Shown: positions 46,713 to 55,509 of the stretch, piece by piece
Numbering within the stretch: the stretch's first letter is position 1
How the letters are laid out: every line of letters begins with the position of its first letter
Assembly: GCA_965223325.1 (NCBI GenBank)
Contig: CBDCWI010000001.1
Coordinates: forward strand, 256,001 to 320,000
Direction: 5' to 3'
Length of the DNA stretch: 64,000 nt
From: Candidatus Multivoradales bacterium
GTDB lineage: Bacteria; Acidobacteriota; Thermoanaerobaculia; Multivoradales; Multivoraceae
Notes under the pieces: generated by a model
Told to the model about the DNA's origin: nothing
Database searches by the model: none
The model's input: the letters and a program-made list of their open reading frames with translations, nothing else
Position numbers and translations under genes: made by a program

Positions 46713-48278
46713 TCAGAGCCGCACGATCTCCCACTCGCCGCCCGGACGGTCACGTACCTCATAGCCCAGGGCTGCCAGCTCGTCCCGAATACGATCGGAG
46801 AGGGCATAGTCCTTGTCGACCCGCGCCTTCTGACGTAGACCGCCCAGGATGTTGAGCAGGCCCTGGTGGTCATCGGCACTGTCAGAACCCCCGCCGCGAC
46901 GCGCGTCGGGAAGTCCGAGGACAGAGAGAAGCGTTGCCAGGCTCCTCGAGACGACGCGGCGCGCACCGGCCTGAGACTCGTCGCGGACCAGCACACCGCC
47001 GTCTAGAAACTCCCGCTGCGCGATCGAGACCAGTTCGGAGATCGCCGCCAGGCCGGCCGGGGTGTTGAGGTCGTCGTCCATTCCGGTTTCAAACGACTCG
47101 ATCGCGGAATCGATGGCCGTCCCCAGCTCCTCGTTCCCCAGGTCCTCCCTCGAGGTCGGCAACAGCTCGTCGTCGATCCCCGCCGCAACAGCCTCGAGAA
47201 CGTTGTAGATCTTCGCCACGCGACTCGCCGCCTGCTCGAGAGACGCGACCGAGAAGGTCATCGGCGAGCGATAGTGACTCGAAAGATAGAGCAGCCGAAT
47301 CGCCACGGGGTCAAAGGGTCCGGCCGGCCACATCATCTCGCGCAACCACTTGACGTTGCCAAGCGACTTGGACATCTTGACCGCGTCGCCATCGGCGTAC
47401 TCCGAAGCGCGCTCAGCCTCCGTCTCGGCCTTGACGGTGATGAACCCGTTGTGCATCCAGTAGTTGACCGCCTCTCTGCCGGCGAGGAGCTCCTGATAGC
47501 CACGGCAGTTCTGGGCGTTCTCGTTCTCGTGGTGTGGAAACACCAGATCCGTTCCCCCACCGTGAATATCGAAGGGCATGCCGAGGTAGCGCTCGGAGAG
47601 GGCGGAGCACTCGAGGTGCCAACCGGGACGACCGTGGCCCCAGGGCGAGTTCCAGCCGGGGACCAGATCGGGGTGTTCGAGAAACTCCGGCGGATCGTTC
47701 TGGTTGAGCTTCCAGACGATGAAGTCACCGGGGTTCTTCTTGACCGCCAACTGCTCTTCATCGATGCGACCGGACCCGCCCTCGAGCTGGTCATCGAGCT
47801 TGCGGCCTGAGACCCCTCCGTAACTCTCGAAGGAGGTGACATCGAAGTACACGTCGCCGTTGTTGGCCACGTAGGCACTCTGGTTTTCCACCAGGGTCGC
47901 CGCCAGCTCTACCATCTCGGCAATGTGATCGGTGGCTCGCGGGTGCGCGTCCGCCGGGCGATTCCCCAGTGCCGAAGTCACCCGCCCGTACTCGTCCATG
48001 TACGTCGAGGTGACCTCACGCCAATGGCGGCCTTCGCGGATCGCCCGCTTTACGATGTTGTCGTCAACGTCGGTGAAGTTGGTGACGTAACGCACCTGAT
48101 AGCCGCGGTACTCGAGGTAGCGCCGCAGCGTGTCCGGCACGACGGCGGCACGTCCGTGGCCGAGATGCAGGCTGTCGTAAACCGTCACCCCGCACCAGTA
48201 CAGGCCTACCTGTTTGCCGGCAGCATCGATCGGCCGAAAGGGCTCCTTCTTGCGACTCTTGGTGTTGTAGATCTTCAA
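46713..48278 (-). CDS. cysS: Cysteine--tRNA ligase
   Basis: CGVTVYDSLHLGHGR, GRPGWHLECS, DIHGGGTDLVFPHHENE, KMSKSLGN. Confidence 0.98.
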   Translation of the reverse strand: MKIYNTKSRKKEPFRPIDAAGKQVGLYWCGVTVYDSLHLGHGRAAVVPDTLRRYLEYRGYQVRYVTNFTDVDDNIVKRAIREGRHWREVTSTYMDEYGRVTSALGNRPADAHPRATDHIAEMVELAATLVENQSAYVANNGDVYFDVTSFESYGGVSGRKLDDQLEGGSGRIDEEQLAVKKNPGDFIVWKLNQNDPPEFLEHPDLVPGWNSPWGHGRPGWHLECSALSERYLGMPFDIHGGGTDLVFPHHENENAQNCRGYQELLAGREAVNYWMHNGFITVKAETEAERASEYADGDAVKMSKSLGNVKWLREMMWPAGPFDPVAIRLLYLSSHYRSPMTFSVASLEQAASRVAKIYNVLEAVAAGIDDELLPTSREDLGNEELGTAIDSAIESFETGMDDDLNTPAGLAAISELVSIAQREFLDGGVLVRDESQAGARRVVSRSLATLLSVLGLPDARRGGGSDSADDHQGLLNILGGLRQKARVDKDYALSDRIRDELAALGYEVRDRPGGEWEIVRL

Positions 48279-48285
48279 GGCGAAC

Positions 48286-49356
48286 TCACCTGCTGGATTC
48301 TGGAACGGCCTGACCCTTCTCGGGCGAGTCTATGGATTGCAGGCGCACGATGTTAGAGCGCATGCGACCGAAATAGTCCCAGCCACCAGGTGAGCTCTCA
48401 CCGGTCGGCAAGCCGGCGAGGCCATCGAGGACTACCTGGGAAAGCCCGCCGCGGTGTTCCCGGAGAGCTGCCATCGCGCGAGCGAGGCCATCACCTGGCT
48501 GCGGGGCAGCGGTACCCAGCCAGAGCACGATTGGGCGCCCCGCCGCTTCCTCGTCGAGCGAGCGCAGGGCATGATCGACCTCATGCTCGAGGTCATGAGC
48601 CAACTCTGCCGGATCGAGCGCCTGCCAATCAAAGCTCGGGTTCGAGCGCCCAGCGCTGCGGGCCAGGTAACGTGCATGGGGGCTCGTCAGAATGAAGGAG
48701 CGGTCGGTGGCTTCGGCAAGCTCCGCCGAGAGCTTCGACAATTCGGCCACCAGGCGTTGGCGCTCGGCCTCGATCTCGCTCTGCCCCTGGGGAAGTCGGG
48801 CGGCGAGATTCATCGCCACGTTTTCCAACTGAGACTTGAAGGTCTCGGGGTCGAGCCACAGGTAGGGATCCTCCTGGTCGTGGCTGTGCGCCCCCTCTTC
48901 GCCGTGGCTGTGCACCGGTCCGGGGACCGTGAGTGCAGAAATGCCTTCGGTGGTCCACACCAGCCGCTGCCGCGGCACGCTGGCGGTCGCCAGCCAGGGT
49001 TCGAGGCCAAGACCATGCGCCAGGACGAGGTCTGCTTCCTGTAAGCGCAACACGTCGTCACCGGAAGGCGAAAAGCCAGAGCCTGCACCCGCCGGGTCCG
49101 CGAGCACCTCGAGCTCGATTGACTCGCCGGCGAGTTGATCGGCCAACCAGGCGGTCGGCCACGAGGTGGCAACCACAACCAGACGCGGCGCTAAAGAAGC
49201 GGAATCGACAGCCGCCTCCCCGGCCGGGCCGTCGGTGGCCCTGCGCTCGCCACACGCAGGAACGACGAGCATCAGAAGTGCCACGAAGAAGGGCCAACGC
49301 CCAAACCGCACCCGCTCTCTTGCCAAGGGCTTCAAACCCCGATTGATCCTTGCCAC
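48286..49356 (-). CDS. Metal ABC transporter substrate-binding lipoprotein (ZnuA/cluster A-I-like, degenerate)
   Basis: Lipobox VPAC; ADLVLAHGLGLEPW; His-rich loop HSHGEEGAHSHD; DPYLWLDP; DYFGRMRSN. Confidence 0.8.
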   Translation of the reverse strand: MARINRGLKPLARERVRFGRWPFFVALLMLVVPACGERRATDGPAGEAAVDSASLAPRLVVVATSWPTAWLADQLAGESIELEVLADPAGAGSGFSPSGDDVLRLQEADLVLAHGLGLEPWLATASVPRQRLVWTTEGISALTVPGPVHSHGEEGAHSHDQEDPYLWLDPETFKSQLENVAMNLAARLPQGQSEIEAERQRLVAELSKLSAELAEATDRSFILTSPHARYLARSAGRSNPSFDWQALDPAELAHDLEHEVDHALRSLDEEAAGRPIVLWLGTAAPQPGDGLARAMAALREHRGGLSQVVLDGLAGLPTGESSPGGWDYFGRMRSNIVRLQSIDSPEKGQAVPESSR

Positions 49357-50528
49357 CAGACACCGCCTATGAGAACAACGAGCAACGCCGCCAAGAGTGC
49401 CGCGAAGACGACGATGATTCCAACCTCGATGGCGAGGATGCTAGCAATGCGCCTTCGTGATGCGCCGATGCGCTTCATCAGCTCGAACTCGGGCGCCCGG
49501 AGTCGGGCGGTCAATGCGACGATCAGCGCGAAGAAGAGGAGGGTCGAGACGGCGACCAGCGTCCAGTATGCGAACAGTGCGCTGCGCACGCGGGTGACGA
49601 TCTCGAGCACGCTCGCGACGACGGCCTCAGGTTCGATCCCCTGACGCGTCTCATGAAGCGCCAGGTCTCCCAACAGAAGGTCCTTCTGTTTCTGAGAGCG
49701 CGGGAACACCAGCACCGCATCCAGGCTGCCGTCTCCTTCGTCGCCGTGGAGGTGAAAACTGGCGCGGTTGGTCTCATCGATCTCGGTGAACATGAAGATC
49801 GCGGCACTGGCCTCGATCACGGCGTCCTCCGTTACTCCCCCCTCATCGCTTTGGGGGGCTTCCACTGCCTGGTGACCGTGCAGGCGACCCTCGATGACCC
49901 AGGTCGTGCGGACGTCGGTAAAGAAAGCCGTGTCGTCTGGGCTCCCGGTGGCGGCCAGAACACCGCTCACTTCGAGAACGATCGGGTAGGAGCCGGCGAG
50001 GTTGTAGAGGTTGCTGAGGTCGGAGCGCACGGTATCTCCGACCGCCAGCTGAAACTCCGAAGCAACCGCTGCCCCGGCTACGACCTCGCCGAGAAGCGCC
50101 GGCAAGCGTCCTTCGGCCGCCCGCAGGCCACGGGCCGCGAAGTAGTCCGGCGTGGTCCCGACGAGCGGCGCCGCCTCGATCGAGTAGCGCAGATGAAGTG
50201 GGGCGAGTATCGGCGGCCGGGCGGCGCCCCGAAGAGCCGCCAGGCCTTCCAACTCGCGCCATAGCATGGAGGGTGGACCGTCGCCGGGGGCTTTCGGGGT
50301 ACGAAAGTAGAGCGCTCCCATCACCAGGTCGAACGCGCTTCCTGCCGGCCCAACGACGAGCGGCGTCTGGCGGGCACGCGCGAGCAGACGCTCTTCGAGC
50401 TGGCTGGCGAACACGGCGGTAAAGAGCGGCAGAAAGAGCGCCACACAAACACCGAGTACCAGAATGGTGGTTCGGATGGGAGAGCCTGAGAGCGATCTCC
50501 AGGCCAAGTAGAAGGCATCGCGCAACAT
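49332..50528 (-). CDS. ABC transporter permease, FtsX/MacB-like
   Basis: LAWRSL..., N-terminal TM, large periplasmic domain with PLVVGPAGS, RxxEFELMKRIGASR, C-terminal TMs. Confidence 0.85.
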   Translation of the reverse strand: MLRDAFYLAWRSLSGSPIRTTILVLGVCVALFLPLFTAVFASQLEERLLARARQTPLVVGPAGSAFDLVMGALYFRTPKAPGDGPPSMLWRELEGLAALRGAARPPILAPLHLRYSIEAAPLVGTTPDYFAARGLRAAEGRLPALLGEVVAGAAVASEFQLAVGDTVRSDLSNLYNLAGSYPIVLEVSGVLAATGSPDDTAFFTDVRTTWVIEGRLHGHQAVEAPQSDEGGVTEDAVIEASAAIFMFTEIDETNRASFHLHGDEGDGSLDAVLVFPRSQKQKDLLLGDLALHETRQGIEPEAVVASVLEIVTRVRSALFAYWTLVAVSTLLFFALIVALTARLRAPEFELMKRIGASRRRIASILAIEVGIIVVFAALLAALLVVLIGGVWWQGSIGV

Positions 50529-50532
50529 CGAC

Positions 50533-51231
50533 TCAGCGCTCGCTCTCTGTTCCAACTGGAGCACCTCTCGGGGCGAGCTCGACCACGCGATCGAAGCGCT
50601 CGAGGATTGCCGGGTCGTGGCTGACGACGAGTAGAGCAACGCCGCTCTCCCCGGCGCTCTCCAGGAGGAGGTCGACGGCGTTCTGACCCTGCGCCGGGTC
50701 GAGGCCCGCCGTCGGTTCGTCGGCCAGCAGGATGCGGGGCTCGGTGACCAGAGCGCGCGCGATGGCCAGGCGCTGCACTTCGCCACGTGACATCACCGAC
50801 GGGCGTTTGTGCTCATGCCCAGCGATCTCGAGACGTGCGAGAAGCCGCCGGGCACGCTCGCGGACCGCGTCGTCGAGGACCAGTGCAGGGCTCAACCGGT
50901 AGGGCAAAAGCACGTTCTCGATCACATCGAGTGACTGAAGCGTCGGGTGATCCTGGAACACGAACCCAACCGACCGGGCCCGGTGGCGGCGCCTCTGTGT
51001 TTCGCTCGCCCGGCCGAGGTCGAGGCCTGCGACGATGACCTGGCCCGCGCCGGCGCCATGAACCCCCGCGATGACATCGAGCAATGTCGACTTGCCGCAT
51101 CCAGAGGGGCCAGCCACTGCGAGACGTTCGCGGGCGCCGATGTCGAGCCGGTCCAGGCGGAGCTCGAACGCACCGTCGGGGTACCGGAAGACCAGGTCAC
51201 GAATCTCGACGGCCAGGGTGGGATCACTCAT
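50533..51231 (-). CDS. ABC transporter ATP-binding protein (LolD-like)
   Basis: GPSGCGKST, VGFVFQD, MSRGEVQRLAIARAL, LLADEPT, VSHD. Confidence 0.92.
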   Translation of the reverse strand: MSDPTLAVEIRDLVFRYPDGAFELRLDRLDIGARERLAVAGPSGCGKSTLLDVIAGVHGAGAGQVIVAGLDLGRASETQRRRHRARSVGFVFQDHPTLQSLDVIENVLLPYRLSPALVLDDAVRERARRLLARLEIAGHEHKRPSVMSRGEVQRLAIARALVTEPRILLADEPTAGLDPAQGQNAVDLLLESAGESGVALLVVSHDPAILERFDRVVELAPRGAPVGTESER

Positions 51232-51928
51232 CCTCTGACCCATCCCGAGGTTCCTCGAGGAGCTCATCGAGGGCACCCGAGCGCAGCAGTTCTTCGGCCG
51301 TCATGTAACCCCGCGCGGACGTTGGCGGCGAGTCGCCGATTCCTGGGCCGCCCCCGCGCTCGCGGGCCAGGCTGCGCAGGTGGCTGGCGACAATCAACAG
51401 GTCCTTGGCGCCACCGGCACGAGGTGCCCCGAGCCAGTAGGTCGCACGGTAGCGGTTGACGCGCGGGTGGCGGTGATCGCGATGCGACACCACCCCACCG
51501 ACGCTCCAATCGGCAGCGATCTGAACCCGACCGGGCTCGCGCGCGATCACCTCGAGCGACTCGTAGTCGATGCGCACGACCTCGAAGCCGATGTGATCGC
51601 GCGCCATGGCCGCTGCGGCCGTCCAGTGCTCGATGTATTCGCGGGTCAAGAGGGCACCGGCAAAGCGCTCCGAGAGCAGGTCGTGAATCGCGCTCCTGTC
51701 CGTTCCGAGCCGGTAGACCTGATACACACCACGATGGAGCTCCTCGAAGCGAGCCAGAAGCTCCTCGTCGGCGATCCCCTCGAGACCAGACGACGACGGA
51801 TTCATACACCCCGCTGCCATTGCTAGCGGTAGAGCGCAGGCCAGGAGCAAAGCGACGGCCCGGGGTAGGCCGAGGGACGGAGCGGGTCGAAAGAGCCTGG
51901 GAGCTGCAGGTGTTAGAGAACAGAGCAT
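51224..51928 (-). CDS. Hypothetical lipoprotein
   Basis: Lipobox LAMAAGC; stop overlaps the ATPase start; WSVGGVVSHRDHRHPRVNRY motif. Confidence 0.7.
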   Translation of the reverse strand: MLCSLTPAAPRLFRPAPSLGLPRAVALLLACALPLAMAAGCMNPSSSGLEGIADEELLARFEELHRGVYQVYRLGTDRSAIHDLLSERFAGALLTREYIEHWTAAAAMARDHIGFEVVRIDYESLEVIAREPGRVQIAADWSVGGVVSHRDHRHPRVNRYRATYWLGAPRAGGAKDLLIVASHLRSLARERGGGPGIGDSPPTSARGYMTAEELLRSGALDELLEEPRDGSEDE

Positions 51929-51996
51929 GAGCCTGACCGAATCATACGGCCGCCGACAAGCCCAAACGACGGCCAGAAGATTGATAGGTTTTCGGC

Positions 51997-52677
51997 ATGT
52001 CGCGCCTTGCTCGAAGATCGGCCGCTGCCTCGGCCTGGTGGGCCGCCGTCCTCTCGACCTCGGTCTTCGCAGGGGCAATCGCCAGCGTCGCCCATGCCCA
52101 CGTCGCCTGGCCCTCGTCCTACTCGACGCGGGTGACGATCGCGGCGTCCGACGATGGGCTCCTGATCACGGTCACCGCCGAGATCCCAACGCTGTCGCTG
52201 GTGCCGCGCTTTCGCCACCACTTCAAAGACAAGGATCTCAAGGCCGAGATCGAGGCCGGACGGTTCGCCGCCCTCGAAGACGAGTTCCGCGATTATCAGT
52301 TCACGGAGCTCGCCCGAGGTCTCGAGACAACCATCAACGGCGAGCTCGTCGACGGCCGGTGGCTCCCTGTCGACACGCCGATCAACGGGCGTTCGAACGA
52401 GGGCTTCTTTGTCTACATCTTGCAGTTCTCTCCAACAGAACCCGTCGAGCTCGGGCGGCGACTGGAAGTCGAGGTCAACAACCACCTGTTCGAGCGCAAG
52501 CCTTTAGTGCTTTCCAATCTTGTGCAGGCGAACGACGGTTGGCAGGCCGTCGAAGCCTCGACCGAGCAGCCCCCGGAAGGGGCAGACCTGAGCCCTGGAT
52601 CTGTCGCCGAGATGGCGCTCTGGGCCGAAGACGAAGATCGGCGCAGCTTCCGAGTGGTCCTGGTGCGAAGCGAATAG
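51997..52677 (+). CDS. Secreted hypothetical protein (AHA|H N-terminus, possibly metal-related)
   Basis: Signal peptide ending VAHA followed by His; divergent from the ABC cluster. Confidence 0.7.
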   Translation: MSRLARRSAAASAWWAAVLSTSVFAGAIASVAHAHVAWPSSYSTRVTIAASDDGLLITVTAEIPTLSLVPRFRHHFKDKDLKAEIEAGRFAALEDEFRDYQFTELARGLETTINGELVDGRWLPVDTPINGRSNEGFFVYILQFSPTEPVELGRRLEVEVNNHLFERKPLVLSNLVQANDGWQAVEASTEQPPEGADLSPGSVAEMALWAEDEDRRSFRVVLVRSE

Positions 52678-52779
52678 AAAGGACCCTCCTGGCTCGCTGT
52701 CGTTGGTCACAAAACACCGTCCTGATAGACTCAGAACTTCCAAAAACGTACCCGCCGGTAGCACCTCCCGGAGCCCGAA

Positions 52780-54351
52780 ATGACTGAACCCGTCGACACG
52801 AACCGTGCCGAGCAGGCCGAGACTTCGCCTGCCGAGGCCACCGATACACCCCACACCGAGGCGTCGGCAGTCGATGCGCAAGCAGCCAGCGCAACGACAC
52901 CCGACGACCCAGCAACTGACGCCGACGCGCCCGCCGCGCCTTCGGTCAGCGCGACTGAGAACGCGCCGAGCGACGGCGTAGAGCCGGCTCCGGAGGCTGC
53001 GCCCGATGCGGTGGTGCCGGAAGCCGCTGCGGCCGCGGTTGCCGCCGGCGAGGCGGAGCCCGCTGACGGAGAGCCCGTCGATGAAGTACCTGCGGTAGAA
53101 GGTGCAGAAGCCGCAGAGGCCGCAGGAGCCGCAGAAGGCGGTGCCGCTACTGCGAAGGGGGCCGCCCCGGCCCCTGATGAGGCCGCCGAGGAAGTGCCGA
53201 TCCCCCCCGAGTTCCAGCACTTCGTCGACGCGATGGAAAACGGCACACCGCTCGACGGCAAGGTCATCGGCTGGAACAAGGGCGGCTTTCACGTCTCACT
53301 CGACGGCGTCCCTGGTTTCTGCCCACGCTCCCAGATCGAGCTCGGCAACCCCAAGCGCCCCAACAGCTACGTCGATCGCACGTTCCCATTCAAGATCACC
53401 GAAGTCAAAGAGGGCGGCAAGCGCATTGTCGTCTCGCGTTCGAGTCTTCTGGTTGTTGCCCGTGAAGAGGCGATGAACAAGGTCAAAGCAGCCCAGAAGA
53501 GCGGCGAGGCAATCGACGGCACCGTCACCTCCACCACCGACTTCGGTGCTTTCGTCGACGTGGGCGGCGGTGTCGAGGGTCTGGTCCACCTGTCGGCGCT
53601 TTCACGCCGCCGCGTCGAGAACGCGCGCGAGATCGTGCACCCGGGTATGCCGGTCAAGGTCAAGGTCACCAAGATCGAAAAGGGCGGTCAGCGCATCTCG
53701 CTGTCGATGAAGGCCCTCGAGCCCGATCCGTGGACCGGCATCGAAGACCGCTTCCCCGTCGGTTCGAAGCACACCGGCAAGATCCTGCGCAAGACCGACT
53801 TCGGTTTCTTCGTCGAGGCCGAGCCCGGCGTCGACGGTCTGGTTCACGAATCGCAACTTCCGATTGGCATGCGCGCCGACGATGATGCCCTCGCCGAAGG
53901 CAAGGAGATCGAGTTCTGGGTGCGCGAGGCCGACGCGCGACGCCATCGCCTGTCGCTCGCGATGCGCGAAGTCGCGGCGACCAACCCCTGGAAAGACATC
54001 GGCAAGCGCTACGAAGAAGGCCAGACCATAAAAGGCACGGTCGAGCAGACCGCACGCTTCGGCGTCTTCATCATGCTCGAACCAGGCCTCACCGGCCTGC
54101 TGCCCTTCGCGGTGCTGTCGCTGCCAACGGGTGCCAACCCGCAGCGTTCGTACCGGCCCGGTTCGGAGGTTGAAGTGCAAATCGCCGAGATCGACTCGAA
54201 GCGCAAGCGCATCTCGCTGGTTCCTCCGGGCTCGCAGCTCGAGGGCACCAAGTCCGACCTCAAGGCTTACCGCGACCGTGCAGCCAAGGAACCCGAGGCG
54301 CAGGGCATGGGAGCGCTGGCAGCCGCCTTCGCCAAGATCAGTGGCGACTGA
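52780..54351 (+). CDS. S1 RNA-binding domain protein (ribosomal protein S1-like, 4 S1 domains) with acidic low-complexity N-terminus
   Basis: KGGFHV...GFCPRSQI, DFGAFVDVGGGVEGLVHLS, DFGFFVE...DGLVHESQ, RFGVFIMLEPGLTGLL; RISLS ends. Confidence 0.9.
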   Translation: MTEPVDTNRAEQAETSPAEATDTPHTEASAVDAQAASATTPDDPATDADAPAAPSVSATENAPSDGVEPAPEAAPDAVVPEAAAAAVAAGEAEPADGEPVDEVPAVEGAEAAEAAGAAEGGAATAKGAAPAPDEAAEEVPIPPEFQHFVDAMENGTPLDGKVIGWNKGGFHVSLDGVPGFCPRSQIELGNPKRPNSYVDRTFPFKITEVKEGGKRIVVSRSSLLVVAREEAMNKVKAAQKSGEAIDGTVTSTTDFGAFVDVGGGVEGLVHLSALSRRRVENAREIVHPGMPVKVKVTKIEKGGQRISLSMKALEPDPWTGIEDRFPVGSKHTGKILRKTDFGFFVEAEPGVDGLVHESQLPIGMRADDDALAEGKEIEFWVREADARRHRLSLAMREVAATNPWKDIGKRYEEGQTIKGTVEQTARFGVFIMLEPGLTGLLPFAVLSLPTGANPQRSYRPGSEVEVQIAEIDSKRKRISLVPPGSQLEGTKSDLKAYRDRAAKEPEAQGMGALAAAFAKISGD

Positions 54352-54697
54352 GCGGACGAGCGGTACGAAAACCCGCAGCGTCTACAAGGTCGTCTTCCTG
54401 AGCCAGGGTCAGGTCTACGAGATCTACGCCCGTTCCGTCTCCCAGGGGGCGCTCTTCGGTTTCGTTGAAGTCGAAGAGATTGTGTTTGGAGAGCGCTCGG
54501 AAATCGTCGTCGACCCCAGCGAGGAATCACTCAAAACCGAGTTCGAGGGGGTCAAGCGCACCTACCTGCCGATGCACTCCGTGCTGCGAATCGACGAGGT
54601 CGAGAAGCAGGGCAGCCCGCGAATCCGCTCGGCCGAAGGCAAAGACAAGGTCACGCCGTTCCCGATGCCGGTCTACCCGCCGCCCGAGAGCAAATAA
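54341..54697 (+). CDS. DUF1820 family protein
   Basis: YKVVFLSQGQVYEIYA...LFGFVEVEE..FGERS..VVDPSEE.LK.EF.GVKRTYLPMHSVLRIDEVEKQG; GTG overlaps the upstream gene end. Confidence 0.85.
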   Translation: MATERTSGTKTRSVYKVVFLSQGQVYEIYARSVSQGALFGFVEVEEIVFGERSEIVVDPSEESLKTEFEGVKRTYLPMHSVLRIDEVEKQGSPRIRSAEGKDKVTPFPMPVYPPPESK

Positions 54698-54748
54698 GCC
54701 AACGGCAGCGCGCTCCCCGTTCGTCCCTCTGGCAGCCACCGGCGGCAC

Positions 54749-54776
54749 TTCTCGAGGCGGGCCCGACTGCTAGAAT
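54749..54776 (+). promoter_or_regulatory. Putative sigma70 promoter (extended -10) for skp
   Basis: TGcTAGAAT at 54768-54776; weak -35 TTCTCG. Confidence 0.45.
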
Positions 54777-54870
54777 CGACGGCTGTTCCCCACATCGCGA
54801 CGCTGTGCACTTTCCGAGGACACTGTGCCTTCCAGGACACCGCGTCGACCTCGTTCCCAGGAGAGCTTCC

Positions 54871-55434
54871 ATGACCCGTTCCCACGCTCACTTTGCCAAC
54901 CGCAGCCGGTTTTGCCGTCTCGTACCGGTCCTGGCGTTTCTCGCAACGCTCGCATGGCCCGCGATGGCGCAAGAGCCGATCAAGATCGCAGTGGTCGACG
55001 TCGACCGAGTGGTCGCACTCTCCGAGACCGGCAAGGCTCTCGATGCAAGACTCAAGGCACTCGAACAGGAACTGCGTGCCAAGCTCGAAGAGAAGGCCCA
55101 GACCGTTCAGAACCTACGCGCCAGCGCCGCCGGCAAAACGCCTGACGAGCAGCGCGAGCTCGGCAAGCAGATCGAAGACGAGCGCCTCGCCGCCCAGCGT
55201 CTCCAAGAGGACAGCCAACGCGAGATGAACAAAGAGCAACAGGTCGGCCTCGAGAGGATCCGCGAGCAACTGCGGCCGGTCTTCGAGCAGATCCAGGCAG
55301 AGTCTGCCTACGACCTGATCCTGAACTTCAATCCCCAGATCGTCGTGGCGGTTGGCGAAAGGGTCGACATCACACCGCGAGTGATGGAGCTACTCGACGC
55401 CGGCACCCCGGGAAGCAGCACCTCCGGCAACTAG
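54871..55434 (+). CDS. skp: OmpH/Skp family periplasmic chaperone
   Basis: Signal peptide AMA|Q; KIAVVDVDRV, coiled coil, YDLIL...DITPRV; SD AGGAG. Confidence 0.88.
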   Translation: MTRSHAHFANRSRFCRLVPVLAFLATLAWPAMAQEPIKIAVVDVDRVVALSETGKALDARLKALEQELRAKLEEKAQTVQNLRASAAGKTPDEQRELGKQIEDERLAAQRLQEDSQREMNKEQQVGLERIREQLRPVFEQIQAESAYDLILNFNPQIVVAVGERVDITPRVMELLDAGTPGSSTSGN

Positions 55435-55509
55435 TCGTCCCGGAGGGAATCCCCGAAGTACAGGGCGCCGCTTTCTGGAGGCATCAGGGCGTTCGATAGC
55501 CTCTGCGGG

